Part shown: positions 9,316 through 19,681 of the stretch, in pieces | Layout: every line of letters begins with the position of its first letter | Position numbering within the stretch: the stretch's first letter is position 1 | Source: Vulcanimicrobiota bacterium | GTDB lineage: Bacteria > Vulcanimicrobiota > Vulcanimicrobiia > Vulcanimicrobiales > Vulcanimicrobiaceae | Length of the DNA: 64,000 bases | Assembly (NCBI GenBank): GCA_963736775.1 | Contig: CAVTPY010000012.1 | Coordinates: 1,904-65,903, forward strand | Reading direction: 5' to 3' | The notes under the pieces: generated by a model | Database searches by the model: none | What the model saw: only the letters and a program-made list of their open reading frames with translations | What the model was told of the DNA's origin: nothing | Program-made: the position numbers and the translations under genes

Positions 9316-12300
9316 GTGGCGCATTTCTTTATTACCCGCCCGATCTTTGCAATCGTTCTCTCGATCGTCGTCGTCTTGCTCGGTGCAATCGCAATTATCA
9401 CGCTTCCCGTCGCGCAGTTCCCGCCGATCTCTCCGCCGGTGATTCAAGTGCAGACGACGTACGTCGGAGCGAGCGCGACGGTCGTCGAACAATCGGTTGC
9501 CTCGCAGATCGAAAACTCGGTCGTCGGCGTCGACAACCTCATCTACATGCAGTCGACGAGCTCGTCGAGCGGTCAGTACACCCTCAACTGCACGTTTCGG
9601 GTGGGTTCGGACATCCGGCAGGCGCTCATCGACGTGCAGAACCGCGTGCAGCAGGCCACCGGGAAACTGCCCGATTCCGTGAACAAGTTCGGGATCACCG
9701 TCCAAAAGAAGTCACCGCAGATCCTGATGCTCGTGGCGCTGTACTCGCCGACCAACTCTTACGACCGGCTCTACTTGAGCAACTACGCAACGCTCAATCT
9801 GATCAATCCCTTGCTCTCGGTACCCGGCATCGGCGCCCAGGGCACGATCGGCCAGCAGAACTACGCCATGCGCGCGTGGGTCCGGCCGGACCGGTTGGCG
9901 AGGCTCGGCCTGACGACGGGTGATCTCGAGAAGGCGATCGACTCGCAAAACGTTCTGATTCCGACCGGGGCCGTCGGCGCGATGCCGGCGCCGCCAAATA
10001 CACCCAACCAGCTCTCGGTCAACGCGCAAGGACAACTGACGGATCCCAAAGAGTTCGGCAATATCATCGTGCGAACGAATCCCGATGGGTCGATCGTACG
10101 CTTGAGCGACGTCTCCCGGGTAGAGCTCGGCGCGCAGCTCTATCTGACGCTCGGATCGTACAACGGCCGGCCGGCAACCCTCATCATCCTCTATCAGACG
10201 CCGGAAGCCAACGCGCTGCAGACCGCGGCCGGCGTTCGCACGACGATGGCCGCGCTCGCGAAATCCTTCCCGCCGAGCCTTCAATACTCGATCGCCTACG
10301 ATAGCACGCTCTTCGTAACGACATCGATCCGAGACGTGCTCAAGACTCTTTTTGAGGCGATCGGGCTGGTGATCGTCGTCGTCTTTCTCTTCCTGGGAAG
10401 TTTTCGCTCGTCGGCGATTCCTATGCTCGCGGTCCCGGTATCGCTGGTCGGAACGTTCATCTTCTTCATTCCGTTCTCGTTTAGCATCAACACGCTGACG
10501 CTCTTTGGATTGGTTCTCGCCATCGGACTGGTCGTCGACGACGCTATCGTCGTGGTGGAAGCGGTGGAACACTACATCGAGCAAGGCCTCACGCCGGTGG
10601 CCGCCTGCGAACGCGCGATGAAGGAACTGAGCGGCCCGATCATCGCGATATCGCTGGTCTTGACGTCGGTGTTCTTGCCGTCGGCATTCATTAGCGGCAT
10701 TACCGGACAGCTCTACCGGCAGTTCGCCCTCACGATCACCGTTGCAGTCAACCTCTCGGCGATCGTGGCCTTATCGCTCACGCCGGCGCTATGCGGGCTC
10801 ATCCTTCGCGAGCGGCGGCCGATGCGCGGCCCGTTGGGGTGGGTCGTCGACCGGTTCAACGGTGCCTTTGGACGCGTATCATCGGCGTACGGCAACGCAC
10901 TTCAGTGGCTCTTACGCCGCTCGGCTCTCGTCATCGGCGTGCTGGCACTGTTTTACATTGCGGACGTAACGATCGGCATGCGTTTGCCCAGCGGTTTCGT
11001 TCCCACCGAGGACCAAGGCGTCGTCTTCGCGCAGGTTCAGCTTCCCTACTCGTCGGGGCTGCAACGTAACTCCAACCTGATGGACCGAATGCAGAGGGAC
11101 ATCAGCTCGGTTCCCGGCGTACAAAACGTCATCTCGCTGATCGGTTTTAGTCTGCTCTCGTCGCTGCAATCCTCCGACCTGTCGAGCTTCGTGATCACAC
11201 TGCAACCCTGGGACCAGCGAATCCACGAGCATCTCTCGCTGCGCGGCATCGCGACCGAGATATATAAGAAGATGAACGCGTATCCGGAGGCGGCCTCATT
11301 CCCGTTCGTACCGCCAACGGTACCGGGCCTTGGCAACACCTCGGGCTTCACATTCGAGCTGCAGGATCAGTCGGGCCACTCGCTCGCCGACCTCGCGGCA
11401 ACGGCCGAGAAGGTCGTCGCGGCGGCACGCCGGCGTCCGGAGATTACCGCACTCAACAATACGATGCGCACGTCCGTGCCGCAGTTGCAGCTCGACGTGG
11501 ATCGCGACAAGACCGAAGGGCTCGGCGTCGACGTGAGCACCGTCCTACGTGAGTTGCAGGCGATGCTGGGCGGGCTTGTCGTGAACAATTTCACGCTCTT
11601 CAACCGCACGTGGAACGTCATGATCCAGGCCGAACCGCAGTTCCGGGCGACTGCCGCCAACATTGGGTCGATGTTCGTCCGCAACAGCACTGGGCAGATG
11701 GTGCCCCTGAGCGCGCTGACGACGGTGCGGCGCAGCGTTGGAACGGATTTCATCCAGCGCTTTAATACGAACCGCGAAGTCGAAATCGTCGGCTCCAACG
11801 CTTCAGGGTATAGCAGCGGTCAGGCCCTGGCGGCGATGCAGGACGTAGCGCAGAAGACGCTGCCGAAGGGTTACGGATACGGCTGGTCGGGTGTCGCCTA
11901 TCAAGAGTCCGCCGTCGGCAACACGCAGACGATCGTCTTTGCGCTTTCGGTGCTGCTCGTCTTTCTCGCGCTCGCCGCGCTGTACGAAAGCTGGCGAATG
12001 CCGGCGGCGGTGATCTTGAGCGTGCCGATCGGCGTCTTCGGCGCGTTCACCTCCGTCGCTCTTTGGCGGCTCGACAACAACATCTACGTGCAGATCGGCC
12101 TGATCATGCTCATTGGGCTGGCGGCAAAGAATGCGGTGCTGATCGTGGAGTTCGCGCGCGAGCGGCGCGCCGCCGGCGACTCGATCGAACAAGCGGCACT
12201 CGCGGCAGCGCGATTGCGCTTCCGGCCGATCTTGATGACGTCGTTTGCCTTCATCATCGGCGTTACTCCGCTGATGCTAGCGCGCGGCGCCGGCGCCGCG

Positions 12301-12456
12301 TCGCGGCATTCACTGGGTTCGACGGTCTTCGCCGGAATGCTCGCTGCGACGTGCCTGGGCATCTTCTTCATCCCCACGCTCTACGAAGTCTTGCAGCGGC
12401 GGGAGGAGCGCGCGCGTAAGAGCGCAGCGCCCCGCGCGGATCGAGGCCCGGCGTGA
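9316..12456 (+). CDS. RND efflux permease, HAE1/AcrB family
   Basis: 1046 aa starting MAHFFITRPIFAIVLSIV, with 12-TM architecture and AcrB-type motifs (VVDDAIVVVE, AKNAVLIVEFA). Confidence 0.95.
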   Translation: MAHFFITRPIFAIVLSIVVVLLGAIAIITLPVAQFPPISPPVIQVQTTYVGASATVVEQSVASQIENSVVGVDNLIYMQSTSSSSGQYTLNCTFRVGSDIRQALIDVQNRVQQATGKLPDSVNKFGITVQKKSPQILMLVALYSPTNSYDRLYLSNYATLNLINPLLSVPGIGAQGTIGQQNYAMRAWVRPDRLARLGLTTGDLEKAIDSQNVLIPTGAVGAMPAPPNTPNQLSVNAQGQLTDPKEFGNIIVRTNPDGSIVRLSDVSRVELGAQLYLTLGSYNGRPATLIILYQTPEANALQTAAGVRTTMAALAKSFPPSLQYSIAYDSTLFVTTSIRDVLKTLFEAIGLVIVVVFLFLGSFRSSAIPMLAVPVSLVGTFIFFIPFSFSINTLTLFGLVLAIGLVVDDAIVVVEAVEHYIEQGLTPVAACERAMKELSGPIIAISLVLTSVFLPSAFISGITGQLYRQFALTITVAVNLSAIVALSLTPALCGLILRERRPMRGPLGWVVDRFNGAFGRVSSAYGNALQWLLRRSALVIGVLALFYIADVTIGMRLPSGFVPTEDQGVVFAQVQLPYSSGLQRNSNLMDRMQRDISSVPGVQNVISLIGFSLLSSLQSSDLSSFVITLQPWDQRIHEHLSLRGIATEIYKKMNAYPEAASFPFVPPTVPGLGNTSGFTFELQDQSGHSLADLAATAEKVVAAARRRPEITALNNTMRTSVPQLQLDVDRDKTEGLGVDVSTVLRELQAMLGGLVVNNFTLFNRTWNVMIQAEPQFRATAANIGSMFVRNSTGQMVPLSALTTVRRSVGTDFIQRFNTNREVEIVGSNASGYSSGQALAAMQDVAQKTLPKGYGYGWSGVAYQESAVGNTQTIVFALSVLLVFLALAALYESWRMPAAVILSVPIGVFGAFTSVALWRLDNNIYVQIGLIMLIGLAAKNAVLIVEFARERRAAGDSIEQAALAAARLRFRPILMTSFAFIIGVTPLMLARGAGAASRHSLGSTVFAGMLAATCLGIFFIPTLYEVLQRREERARKSAAPRADRGPA

Positions 12457-13889
12457 AACTTGGCGCCCTGCTCGCGGTCATCGTGCAATTGCTGGCGTCG
12501 TGCGTTCCACCGACGCCTTCGGGTCCGCCAAACGCGCAGATGCCGCCAAACTATCGCGGCCTCGCCGCCACCGGGACGTCGCTGGGCAGCGTTCAGTGGC
12601 GCAAACTCTACGACGACCCCGTGCTGCAAGATCTCATCGTGCGCGCGCTGCGCCGGAACTTTAACATCGAGCTGGCATATGCGTCCATCCTCGAAGCCGC
12701 CGCGAACCTCGGCATTACCGCCGCGAATCAATCGGTCTTTGTCAACGGCGCGATATCCGCGCCGTACGAGGTTATCACCGGGGGAAACAAGCCGGGCTCG
12801 ATACCGAAGACGCAGTTCTCGCCGGAGGCCGGCATCGAGGCCAGCTACCAGGTCGACCTCTTCGGTAAGTTGGCCTCGGCAACGGGCGCGGCGCGCGATC
12901 AGCTGCTCGCGACGGACGCGGCCAAGGATACGGTACTCGCCACGGTCGTCTCGCAGGTGGCGACCGCGTATTTTCAGTTGCTCGAGCTCGACGAGGTGAT
13001 GGCCTTCACGAAGGATGCCGTCGCCTCGCGCGCAGAGGGCGTGCGACTCATGCGACTGCGCGTGGAGGGCGGCGTCTCCTCGATGCAAGACCTACGGCAG
13101 GCACAGCAAGCGCTTCTCGAGGTGACGCAAAACGTTCCAACACTGCGACAAGACCTCGCGCAGACGGAGAACGCCCTCTCGGTTTTGATCGGCGACTATC
13201 CCCACCCGATCGCGCGCGGACTTCCACTGAATGCACAAGTCGCCATGCCGTTGATTCCACCCGCGGGCGTTTCCGGCGAGCTGCTCGAGCGCCGTCCCGA
13301 TATTCGCCAAGCCGAGTACACGATCGCGACCGCTGCCGGCAACGTCGACGTCGCGCGAAAACTGCTCTACCCCCAGATCACGCTGGGTGCATCGGCCGCC
13401 GTGGCCGGGCAACAGAGCAGCGGCCTGTATCCGAACCTGCCGCCGGTGCTGGCGGCTTTCACCAAGCTCAACGGCGTCTTTTTCGGCCCGCTCGGAGTAT
13501 TCGAAGTTCTTCCGCAGCTGCTGCAGCCGATCTTCAATGGAGGAGAGATTCGCTCGCAAATACATCTCGCCCAAGCCGATCAACAGCAGGCGGTGATCTC
13601 CTACCTGCAAACTGTGGACGACGCTTTCGAGGAAGTCTCTAACGATATCGTTTCGTATAATCAGTCGCGGGCTCGGACCGTGCAGCTGGGCCTCTATCTT
13701 GCCGCCTCACTCGATTCGGTGCGCCTCGCGAAGGAGCGCTACGAGGCCGGATATACTTCCTACTTGGAGGTGCTCAACGCGCTGACGCGGTCGTATCAGG
13801 CACAAACGGACTTTGCGCAGGCGCGACTCAATGAAAGGCTTGCGCTGGTACAGCTCTATCTCGCGCTAGGCGGCGGCTGGCAGTCGTAG
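12453..13889 (+). CDS. efflux outer-membrane factor lipoprotein (NodT/OprM family)
   Basis: Lipobox LLASC and duplicated OEP repeats (RRPDIRQAEYTIA..., ERYEAGYTSYLEVL..., LYLALGGGW). The start overlaps the permease stop. Confidence 0.9.
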   Translation: MKLGALLAVIVQLLASCVPPTPSGPPNAQMPPNYRGLAATGTSLGSVQWRKLYDDPVLQDLIVRALRRNFNIELAYASILEAAANLGITAANQSVFVNGAISAPYEVITGGNKPGSIPKTQFSPEAGIEASYQVDLFGKLASATGAARDQLLATDAAKDTVLATVVSQVATAYFQLLELDEVMAFTKDAVASRAEGVRLMRLRVEGGVSSMQDLRQAQQALLEVTQNVPTLRQDLAQTENALSVLIGDYPHPIARGLPLNAQVAMPLIPPAGVSGELLERRPDIRQAEYTIATAAGNVDVARKLLYPQITLGASAAVAGQQSSGLYPNLPPVLAAFTKLNGVFFGPLGVFEVLPQLLQPIFNGGEIRSQIHLAQADQQQAVISYLQTVDDAFEEVSNDIVSYNQSRARTVQLGLYLAASLDSVRLAKERYEAGYTSYLEVLNALTRSYQAQTDFAQARLNERLALVQLYLALGGGWQS

Positions 13890-16063
13890 TGCGCAAGCCC
13901 GCAAAGACCCTCCTGATAATCTTCTGCGCTGCCGTTTGCGCGGCTGCTGCGACCGCCGCGGAGAGATTATACGACTCGGTGCTCCCCAACGGTTGGATCA
14001 TCGAGCGGCCGCAAGGGCTCGTGATCCAAACCGGTACGTTGCCGCAAGGCGCCGCCGTTTCGCCCGACGGTGCGATGCTGGCCATCGTGGAGTCGGGCTA
14101 CAATTCGCCGGCGTTGGGCCTGTATCGCACGCAAGATCTCGCCCGAATCGCAGAGATTCCCCTCAAAGGCGCCTATGGCCGTCCGCTGTGGATCGACGGC
14201 AGCCACGTGCTGGTTGCCGGTGCGAATGCCGACGCGCTTTTCGATGTCGACGTAGTCGCCAAGAGCCCCCGCGCGATTGCGTTGGGCAAAGGCTCGTACC
14301 CGGTGGCCGTCGCGAGATCGGGCGAAACGTTCGCCGCCGCAACCGATGGCGATTCGTCGGTTCGTATCGGAACCTTGGACGGATTGTCGAGCGCAAAGGC
14401 GATCGGCGTCGGCGGGTTTATCGGGGGGTTGGCATTTTCTGCCGACGGCAAAGCGCTCTTCGCTTCGAACTGCGCCGCGCGCTACGTCGAGGCGATCGAT
14501 ACGCAGACGTTAGAAGAGCGCCGGATCGAAACGGGACTGCATCCGACGGCGATTCTTCCGGTCGACGACACGATTTACGTCGCCGAGACCGACAACGATA
14601 CCGTCGGCGTGTACGACGCATCGAAAGGAACGCGCATTGCGAGCATCTTCGTGGGCGACCGGGCGGCGCGCGGGTCGGCGATCGTCGGCGTCTCGCCGAA
14701 CGCACTCGTACGCGAGCGCGATGCGATCTACGTTTCGCTCGGCGCCGCGAACGACATCGCCGTCATCCGCGATCGGAGCGTCGTCGCGCGCATCCCCGCC
14801 GGCTGGTATCCGACCGACGTCGCAGTGCTCGGGCAGCGCCTCTACATCATCGACGGCAAGGGCGAGCGCACGCGGCCGAATCCGCGCTACGCCAGCGGCT
14901 CCCACAGCGACGTCGACTACGTCGCAGCGATCCAGTACGGCTCGATTCGCGCGTACGACCTATCGCACGTTGCGGACTCGGGCAATCCACAAGGCGCCGC
15001 GGGCTGGACCGATGCGCAGAGGAGCGCGGTCGTTCGCACCGGCGGCCCCATTGCGCACGTCTTCTTCATTCTCAAAGAAAATCGGTCGTACGATCAGGTG
15101 CTCGGCGACATGCCCCAGGGGAACGGCGACCCGAAGCTAACATCGTTCGGCGCGCGCGTGACGCCCAACGAGCACGCGCTGGCAACGCGCTTCGGTCTCT
15201 TCGACAACACCTACACGAGCGGCGAGGTTAGCGAACCCGGACACAACTGGGCCGACGCGGCCTTCGATACCGACTTCGTCGAACGCATGTGGCCGGCTAC
15301 CTACGCGGGCCGCCGCGGCGACGACTCACTCTCGCCGGCAATGGTTCCCTTCAACGGTTACATTTGGCAGGACGCCCAAAGCGCGCGCGTCTCGTTTCGC
15401 GATTACGGCGAGATGGTCGACCCGCCCGTGCCGAGTTTGGCTGGACGCTACGACCCGCGTTACGTCGGTTGGAACCTGGACTACAGCGACCTCAATCGCG
15501 TCAAGGAATGGCGCCGCGAGTTCGCCGATTTCATCCACAATGGCAACATGCCGCGCTTGGAGTACATCTGGCTGCCCAACGACCACACCTACGGGCGGCG
15601 CCCCGGTAAGCTGACGCCGGCGTCGATGGTGGCGCAGAACGATTACGCGCTGGGTGAGATCGTCGACACGATTTCGCATTCGCCGGTGTGGAGATCCTCG
15701 GCGATCTTCGTGATCGAAGACGACGCCCAAGACGGCCCCGACCACGTTAGCGCCCAGCGCACGATCTTCTTCCTCGTCTCGCCGTACGCGCGCGGCGGGC
15801 TGCAGCACGCGCACTACTCGACGGTGAGCGTGCTGAGCACGACGGAGCTGATGCTCGGGCTGCCGCCGCTCTCGACCTACGACGGTATGGCGGTTTCGCT
15901 GCGCGCCGCCTTCTCGCCGGTCGCGCGGCTGGCGCCGTACACCGCCATTGCGCCGAGAGTCAGTCTCTACAACCGAAACCTTAAAGCCGCGTACAACGCC
16001 CGGCTCACCGCGAAGCTCGACTTTAGCCGCCCAGACGCAAATCCGCCCGGGAACCAACGTTGA
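13889..16063 (+). CDS. secreted fusion protein: N-terminal beta-propeller (YncE/lactonase-like) plus C-terminal phosphoesterase (phospholipase C / acid phosphatase family)
   Basis: Signal peptide. Repeated PxGxAxSPDG-type propeller blades. The C-terminal half has VFFILKENRSYDQVLGDM and IFVIEDDAQDGPDHV, typical of the phosphoesterase family. The GTG start shares a base with the OMF stop. Confidence 0.7.
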   Translation: MRKPAKTLLIIFCAAVCAAAATAAERLYDSVLPNGWIIERPQGLVIQTGTLPQGAAVSPDGAMLAIVESGYNSPALGLYRTQDLARIAEIPLKGAYGRPLWIDGSHVLVAGANADALFDVDVVAKSPRAIALGKGSYPVAVARSGETFAAATDGDSSVRIGTLDGLSSAKAIGVGGFIGGLAFSADGKALFASNCAARYVEAIDTQTLEERRIETGLHPTAILPVDDTIYVAETDNDTVGVYDASKGTRIASIFVGDRAARGSAIVGVSPNALVRERDAIYVSLGAANDIAVIRDRSVVARIPAGWYPTDVAVLGQRLYIIDGKGERTRPNPRYASGSHSDVDYVAAIQYGSIRAYDLSHVADSGNPQGAAGWTDAQRSAVVRTGGPIAHVFFILKENRSYDQVLGDMPQGNGDPKLTSFGARVTPNEHALATRFGLFDNTYTSGEVSEPGHNWADAAFDTDFVERMWPATYAGRRGDDSLSPAMVPFNGYIWQDAQSARVSFRDYGEMVDPPVPSLAGRYDPRYVGWNLDYSDLNRVKEWRREFADFIHNGNMPRLEYIWLPNDHTYGRRPGKLTPASMVAQNDYALGEIVDTISHSPVWRSSAIFVIEDDAQDGPDHVSAQRTIFFLVSPYARGGLQHAHYSTVSVLSTTELMLGLPPLSTYDGMAVSLRAAFSPVARLAPYTAIAPRVSLYNRNLKAAYNARLTAKLDFSRPDANPPGNQR

Positions 16064-16089
16064 CGATTAGGTCGCGAGTGTAGGAGGCG

Positions 16090-16374
16090 TTACCTCGTTG
16101 CGAGCGCGCTGCCGGAACGGCGGCGAACCGGAACCGGCTCCACGTGCTTCGATGCCTGACCGACGAACCACATGCACAGTAGGGTCAGCAGCGCTGCGTC
16201 GTCGAGTGCGCCCAACACGGGGATGTCGCTAAACACGTCGATCGGTGAGATCACCAGCAACGCGATCGCCGCCGCGATCAGCTTGAGCGACGTGGGAACC
16301 CGGGCGTCACGCACGAGCGGCACGGTTCGAAAGATCGCCGTTTTCGCGGCCAGGAGTAAGCGCGCTAGTCTCAT
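16090..16374 (-). CDS. YkvA/DUF1232-family membrane protein
   Basis: 94 aa. LLVISPIDVFSDIPVLGALDDAALL matches the DUF1232 signature. Confidence 0.7.
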   Translation of the reverse strand: MRLARLLLAAKTAIFRTVPLVRDARVPTSLKLIAAAIALLVISPIDVFSDIPVLGALDDAALLTLLCMWFVGQASKHVEPVPVRRRSGSALATR

Positions 16375-16448
16375 CAGGCCTTAGTACTCGAGGAGCTGCC
16401 GGCTGTTTCAAAGGGCTCCATTAATAATTCTTTTCCTTCTTCTTTGGG

Positions 16449-16712
16449 TTAAGCGCCCGATCGGCGGCCGCTCACCATCCGCGCGATGAACAGAAGGACC
16501 ACGGCGCCGACTAATGCGACCACGATGCTGTAGATGTTGATCCCGGTTACGCCGGAATGGCCGAACAAGCCGAAGATCCAACCACCGAGAAGCGCGCCGA
16601 CGACCCCGACGACGAGATCTCCGAGCACGCCCCCGGGCCCCTCTCCGGGCACGACGTATTTTGCCAGAAAGCCCGCGATCAATCCGACAACGAGCCAAAT
16701 AAGAATGAACAT
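16449..16712 (-). CDS. GlsB/YeaQ/YmgE-family stress-response membrane protein
   Basis: 87 aa. MFILIWLVVGLIAGFLAKYVVPGEGPGGVLGDLVVGVVGALLGGWIF is the typical transglycosylase-associated-protein pattern. Confidence 0.85.
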   Translation of the reverse strand: MFILIWLVVGLIAGFLAKYVVPGEGPGGVLGDLVVGVVGALLGGWIFGLFGHSGVTGINIYSIVVALVGAVVLLFIARMVSGRRSGA

Positions 16713-16879
16713 ATTATTGACCTTTCAAAGCTTAGAAATAATGCGCCGCGGACCGATGCGGGCGCAGGATTTCTAATCGTGTTCCTAACGGTTCGTCGAA
16801 TTCTCCCCAATTCGCCGATTTTGAAACCCCCGCGGTCGCCGTCAGGTCGCTCCCTCGCCGGACTTCCACCAGCAAGGGA

Positions 16880-17572
16880 TTAAAGGCGACGTAGGAAATG
16901 CGGGAGGATGACTCGGCGAAATACGAGCAGCCATAGGGCCATCCCGAGAAGGACGATTTCGAGCGAGGTCACGTGCAAGCCGCCGACGTCGAAGCTCCCC
17001 TGTGTCACGCCCAAGGCAGCGGCTACGATGGCGAATGCCGCCGCTACTGAGAACATGTGCGCCGTTCGCTCTATGCCCCAGGCAAGATCGCCTGGCGATA
17101 GCGCCGACCATCGGGCGCGCACGCCGATCGCGAACATCCCGGCCAGCAGCGCGTATACGGCCGCAAAGCTCAGCAACGTGAGGCGGAAAAAGAAATGTGG
17201 CCCGCCACCCTGCACCGTGATATCTCGCGCCCCGATCTGCATAAAGTAGAGCATGAGCACCAGCGCGCCCAACAACGCGAAGTTCATGACGAGCGCCGCG
17301 CGAGTAAGGACCAGATAGGTCTTGAAGAGCCGGTGATGGTTCCACCACAGCATCACGACCAGAGAAAACGACGCGGCGAAAACGAAGACGTTGCCGCTCA
17401 AGGACGCGAGGGTCGCCCCCGTGTTTGGAATCGACAGACCCAAGCCGATTTCGGCGAGACAAAAGCCGATGACGATGTCGGAAAACGCTTCGAGGCGGTG
17501 AATCGTTTGCGCGTCGTCGCCGGCCTCGGGTGCCGAGGCCGGCGCTGGTCGAGCGGTCGTCGGTAACGTCAC
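16880..17572 (-). CDS. TMEM175/DUF1211-family membrane protein (putative K+ channel)
   Basis: RLEAFSDIVIGF signature near the N-terminus and about 6 TM helices. Confidence 0.7.
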   Translation of the reverse strand: MTLPTTARPAPASAPEAGDDAQTIHRLEAFSDIVIGFCLAEIGLGLSIPNTGATLASLSGNVFVFAASFSLVVMLWWNHHRLFKTYLVLTRAALVMNFALLGALVLMLYFMQIGARDITVQGGGPHFFFRLTLLSFAAVYALLAGMFAIGVRARWSALSPGDLAWGIERTAHMFSVAAAFAIVAAALGVTQGSFDVGGLHVTSLEIVLLGMALWLLVFRRVILPHFLRRL

Positions 17573-17615
17573 TGGTGCTGCAGCTTTTTATCAGGCCGCA
17601 CGGGGCCGCCTGCCT

Positions 17616-18413
17616 GTGGCCGAGCGCGAGCGGCCAGCCGTGAGTGAACGGATCGTATTTTGCTGGAGCGGCGGGAAAGACTCTGCGCTTGCCCTGCACC
17701 GGCTGCTGCAAGACGATCGATATACGATCGTCTCCCTTCTTACCACCGTGAACCAACGATTCGCGAGGGTGTCGATGCATGGAGTTCGACTCGAGCTAGC
17801 GCAGGCGCAGGCGCACGCCGTAGGCCTGCCGCTGGATATAGTGTCTGTCGACGGCAGTTCGAATGACGAGTACGAGCGCAACATGTCCGCCCATCTACTC
17901 GCGCACAAGGAACGAGGCGTGTCGAGCGTTGCGTTTGGCGACATTTTTCTCGAGGATCTCCGGCGCTGGCGCGAGGAGAAACTCGCAGCTATCGGGATGG
18001 GCGGCCTCTTTCCACTTTGGAAGCTCGACACTCGTAGGGTTATTGGTGAGTTTATCGACGTAGGCTTTCGATCGATCGTATGTTGCGTCAGCGATGCCTA
18101 TCTGGGTGAGAGCGCCCTCGGCCGGATCGTCGACTGGGACTTTATCAACACCCTTCCGTCCGACGTCGACCCCTGTGGCGAGAACGGCGAATTCCATTCG
18201 TTCGCGTACGCCGGCCCGATCTTCAACGATCGTATTGACGTGACGGTGGGGGAGAAAATCTACCGCCGCGTCGAGCAGACGAATCAGGACGATGGCGCGA
18301 CCCCATCGGGGGCCTTCCCGCCGTCCAGCACCCGCACGGCCAAAGGGTTTTGGTTTTGCGATCTGCTGCCTCGTCAGGATGACGGTGGGAAGGTGCCGAA
18401 GATGGAATGGTAA
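17616..18413 (+). CDS. Dph6-related ATP pyrophosphatase (MJ0570-type PP-loop domain)
   Basis: FCWSGGKDSALAL PP-loop, FGDIFLEDLRRWRE, GENGEFHSF. The exact start is uncertain (GTG at 17616). Confidence 0.65.
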   Translation: MAERERPAVSERIVFCWSGGKDSALALHRLLQDDRYTIVSLLTTVNQRFARVSMHGVRLELAQAQAHAVGLPLDIVSVDGSSNDEYERNMSAHLLAHKERGVSSVAFGDIFLEDLRRWREEKLAAIGMGGLFPLWKLDTRRVIGEFIDVGFRSIVCCVSDAYLGESALGRIVDWDFINTLPSDVDPCGENGEFHSFAYAGPIFNDRIDVTVGEKIYRRVEQTNQDDGATPSGAFPPSSTRTAKGFWFCDLLPRQDDGGKVPKMEW

Positions 18414-19024
18414 TGAACAGATTTTCAGCCGTCGCCGCCTTGGTGCTGGCCCTTGCCTGTTGTATCGGTGCCACCCAGGCGCCGGCCCCGCAGCCATTGG
18501 CCTCCGGTAGCTATCGCGTATTGCTCGACACCACTAAAGGACCCGTCGTCATCGACGTTGACCGTCGTCTCGCGCCCCACGGCGCCCAACGCTTTTACCA
18601 GCTGGTTAAGGCGAAATACTTCGACGGCGCTCGCTTTTACCGCGTCGTACCGGGGTTCGTGGTGCAGTGGGGCGCGGCGGCCAATCCCGCGGTTACCAAG
18701 AAGTGGGATACCAATATTCCCGACGATCCGCCCAAGGCGTCGAATACGCGTGGGATGGTATCGTTTGCGGCCACCTCAGAGCCGAACAGCCGCTCGACGC
18801 ATCTCTTCATCAACCTCGGCGACAACGCGCGGCTCGACGGAATGGGATTTGCTCCGATCGGCCGAGTCACGAGCGGAATGCAGAACGTCGACCACATCTA
18901 CTCCGGCTACGGGGAACAGCCCGATCAAGATAAGATCGCGTCGCAAGGCAACGCCTATCTTAAGAAAGAGTTTCCGCGATTGGATTACATCAAGACTGCC
19001 CGCATCGTTAGTGAATCGCGGTAG
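18407..19024 (+). CDS. secreted cyclophilin-type peptidyl-prolyl cis-trans isomerase
   Basis: Signal peptide, then TTKGPVVIDVDRRLAPHGAQRFYQLVKAKYFDGARFYRVVPGFVVQWG and SFAATSEPNSRSTHLFINL. Confidence 0.9.
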   Translation: MVMNRFSAVAALVLALACCIGATQAPAPQPLASGSYRVLLDTTKGPVVIDVDRRLAPHGAQRFYQLVKAKYFDGARFYRVVPGFVVQWGAAANPAVTKKWDTNIPDDPPKASNTRGMVSFAATSEPNSRSTHLFINLGDNARLDGMGFAPIGRVTSGMQNVDHIYSGYGEQPDQDKIASQGNAYLKKEFPRLDYIKTARIVSESR

Positions 19025-19037
19025 CCCGCAGCGGCTG

Positions 19038-19595
19038 TTAGGGCGACGGCTTTGGCGTAGGAATCATTCGCTGCGTGGTCCGGCGCAGTTTGCCGTCGCG
19101 GATCGTGTAGGTCGCGACGATGAATTTTGAGGGGCAACAATTAGGATCCTTGGCGGCGTAGTAGGGCAAGGTCGCGACGAGTTTTCCGCGTTCGACCTGC
19201 ACGCCGAGGTGGCCGGCGGAATCGATGTGCCCCGCGTAAACGAACGGCACGTGGCCACGGCGGGCAAAGACGATCTGGGTAAAGACGCCGCCGCTTCCGC
19301 CGCTATCGAGCGGAACGGCGACCACCTCGTAGCCGCTTGTAAGCGTTCCCTGGTGCGCGAGCTCAGATGTGACGTATCCGCCGATGGCTTGTCCTTCGGG
19401 CGCGCCCAGCAGGTCGACGTACGGGTGAGACTTCGAATCGAATGCCGATGACGGTGGCACGCTCCGATCGATCTTGAGCTGCGGCGTCGCCTTCACGAGC
19501 GCGAGGATCTGCGAAGGCGTCAGGGCCGGCGGGGATGCCGGCGCCGGGCTAGGAACGAGCGCGAATGCCAACGCCCAAACGGCTTTTCTTACCAT
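19038..19595 (-). CDS. secreted hypothetical protein (possibly LppP/LprE-like)
   Basis: Start chosen at MVRKAVWALAFALV (signal peptide). A C-terminal DPNCCPS motif is the basis for the tentative family call. Function unknown. Confidence 0.45.
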   Translation of the reverse strand: MVRKAVWALAFALVPSPAPASPPALTPSQILALVKATPQLKIDRSVPPSSAFDSKSHPYVDLLGAPEGQAIGGYVTSELAHQGTLTSGYEVVAVPLDSGGSGGVFTQIVFARRGHVPFVYAGHIDSAGHLGVQVERGKLVATLPYYAAKDPNCCPSKFIVATYTIRDGKLRRTTQRMIPTPKPSP

Positions 19596-19681
19596 AGGTA
19601 AGAGTGTGTTACCATCTTCGGGCGACTGCCTTCCTTCCGCTACGCGAGAGGGGCCTGCGACGGCGCGTAGCAATTGAATCT

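Noticed and set aside
7933-9705. 590-aa ORF antisense to the RND adaptor/permease genes. Similar long ORFs occur elsewhere: 9712-10584, 13936-15231, 16842-17780, 40607-41326, 46261-47364, 47788-49053, 48824-49951, 61747-62784 and 62102-63499.
   Set aside because: These are Arg/Ala/Asp-rich shadow ORFs typical of GC-rich DNA. Each overlaps a gene with clear family signatures on the other strand or in another frame.
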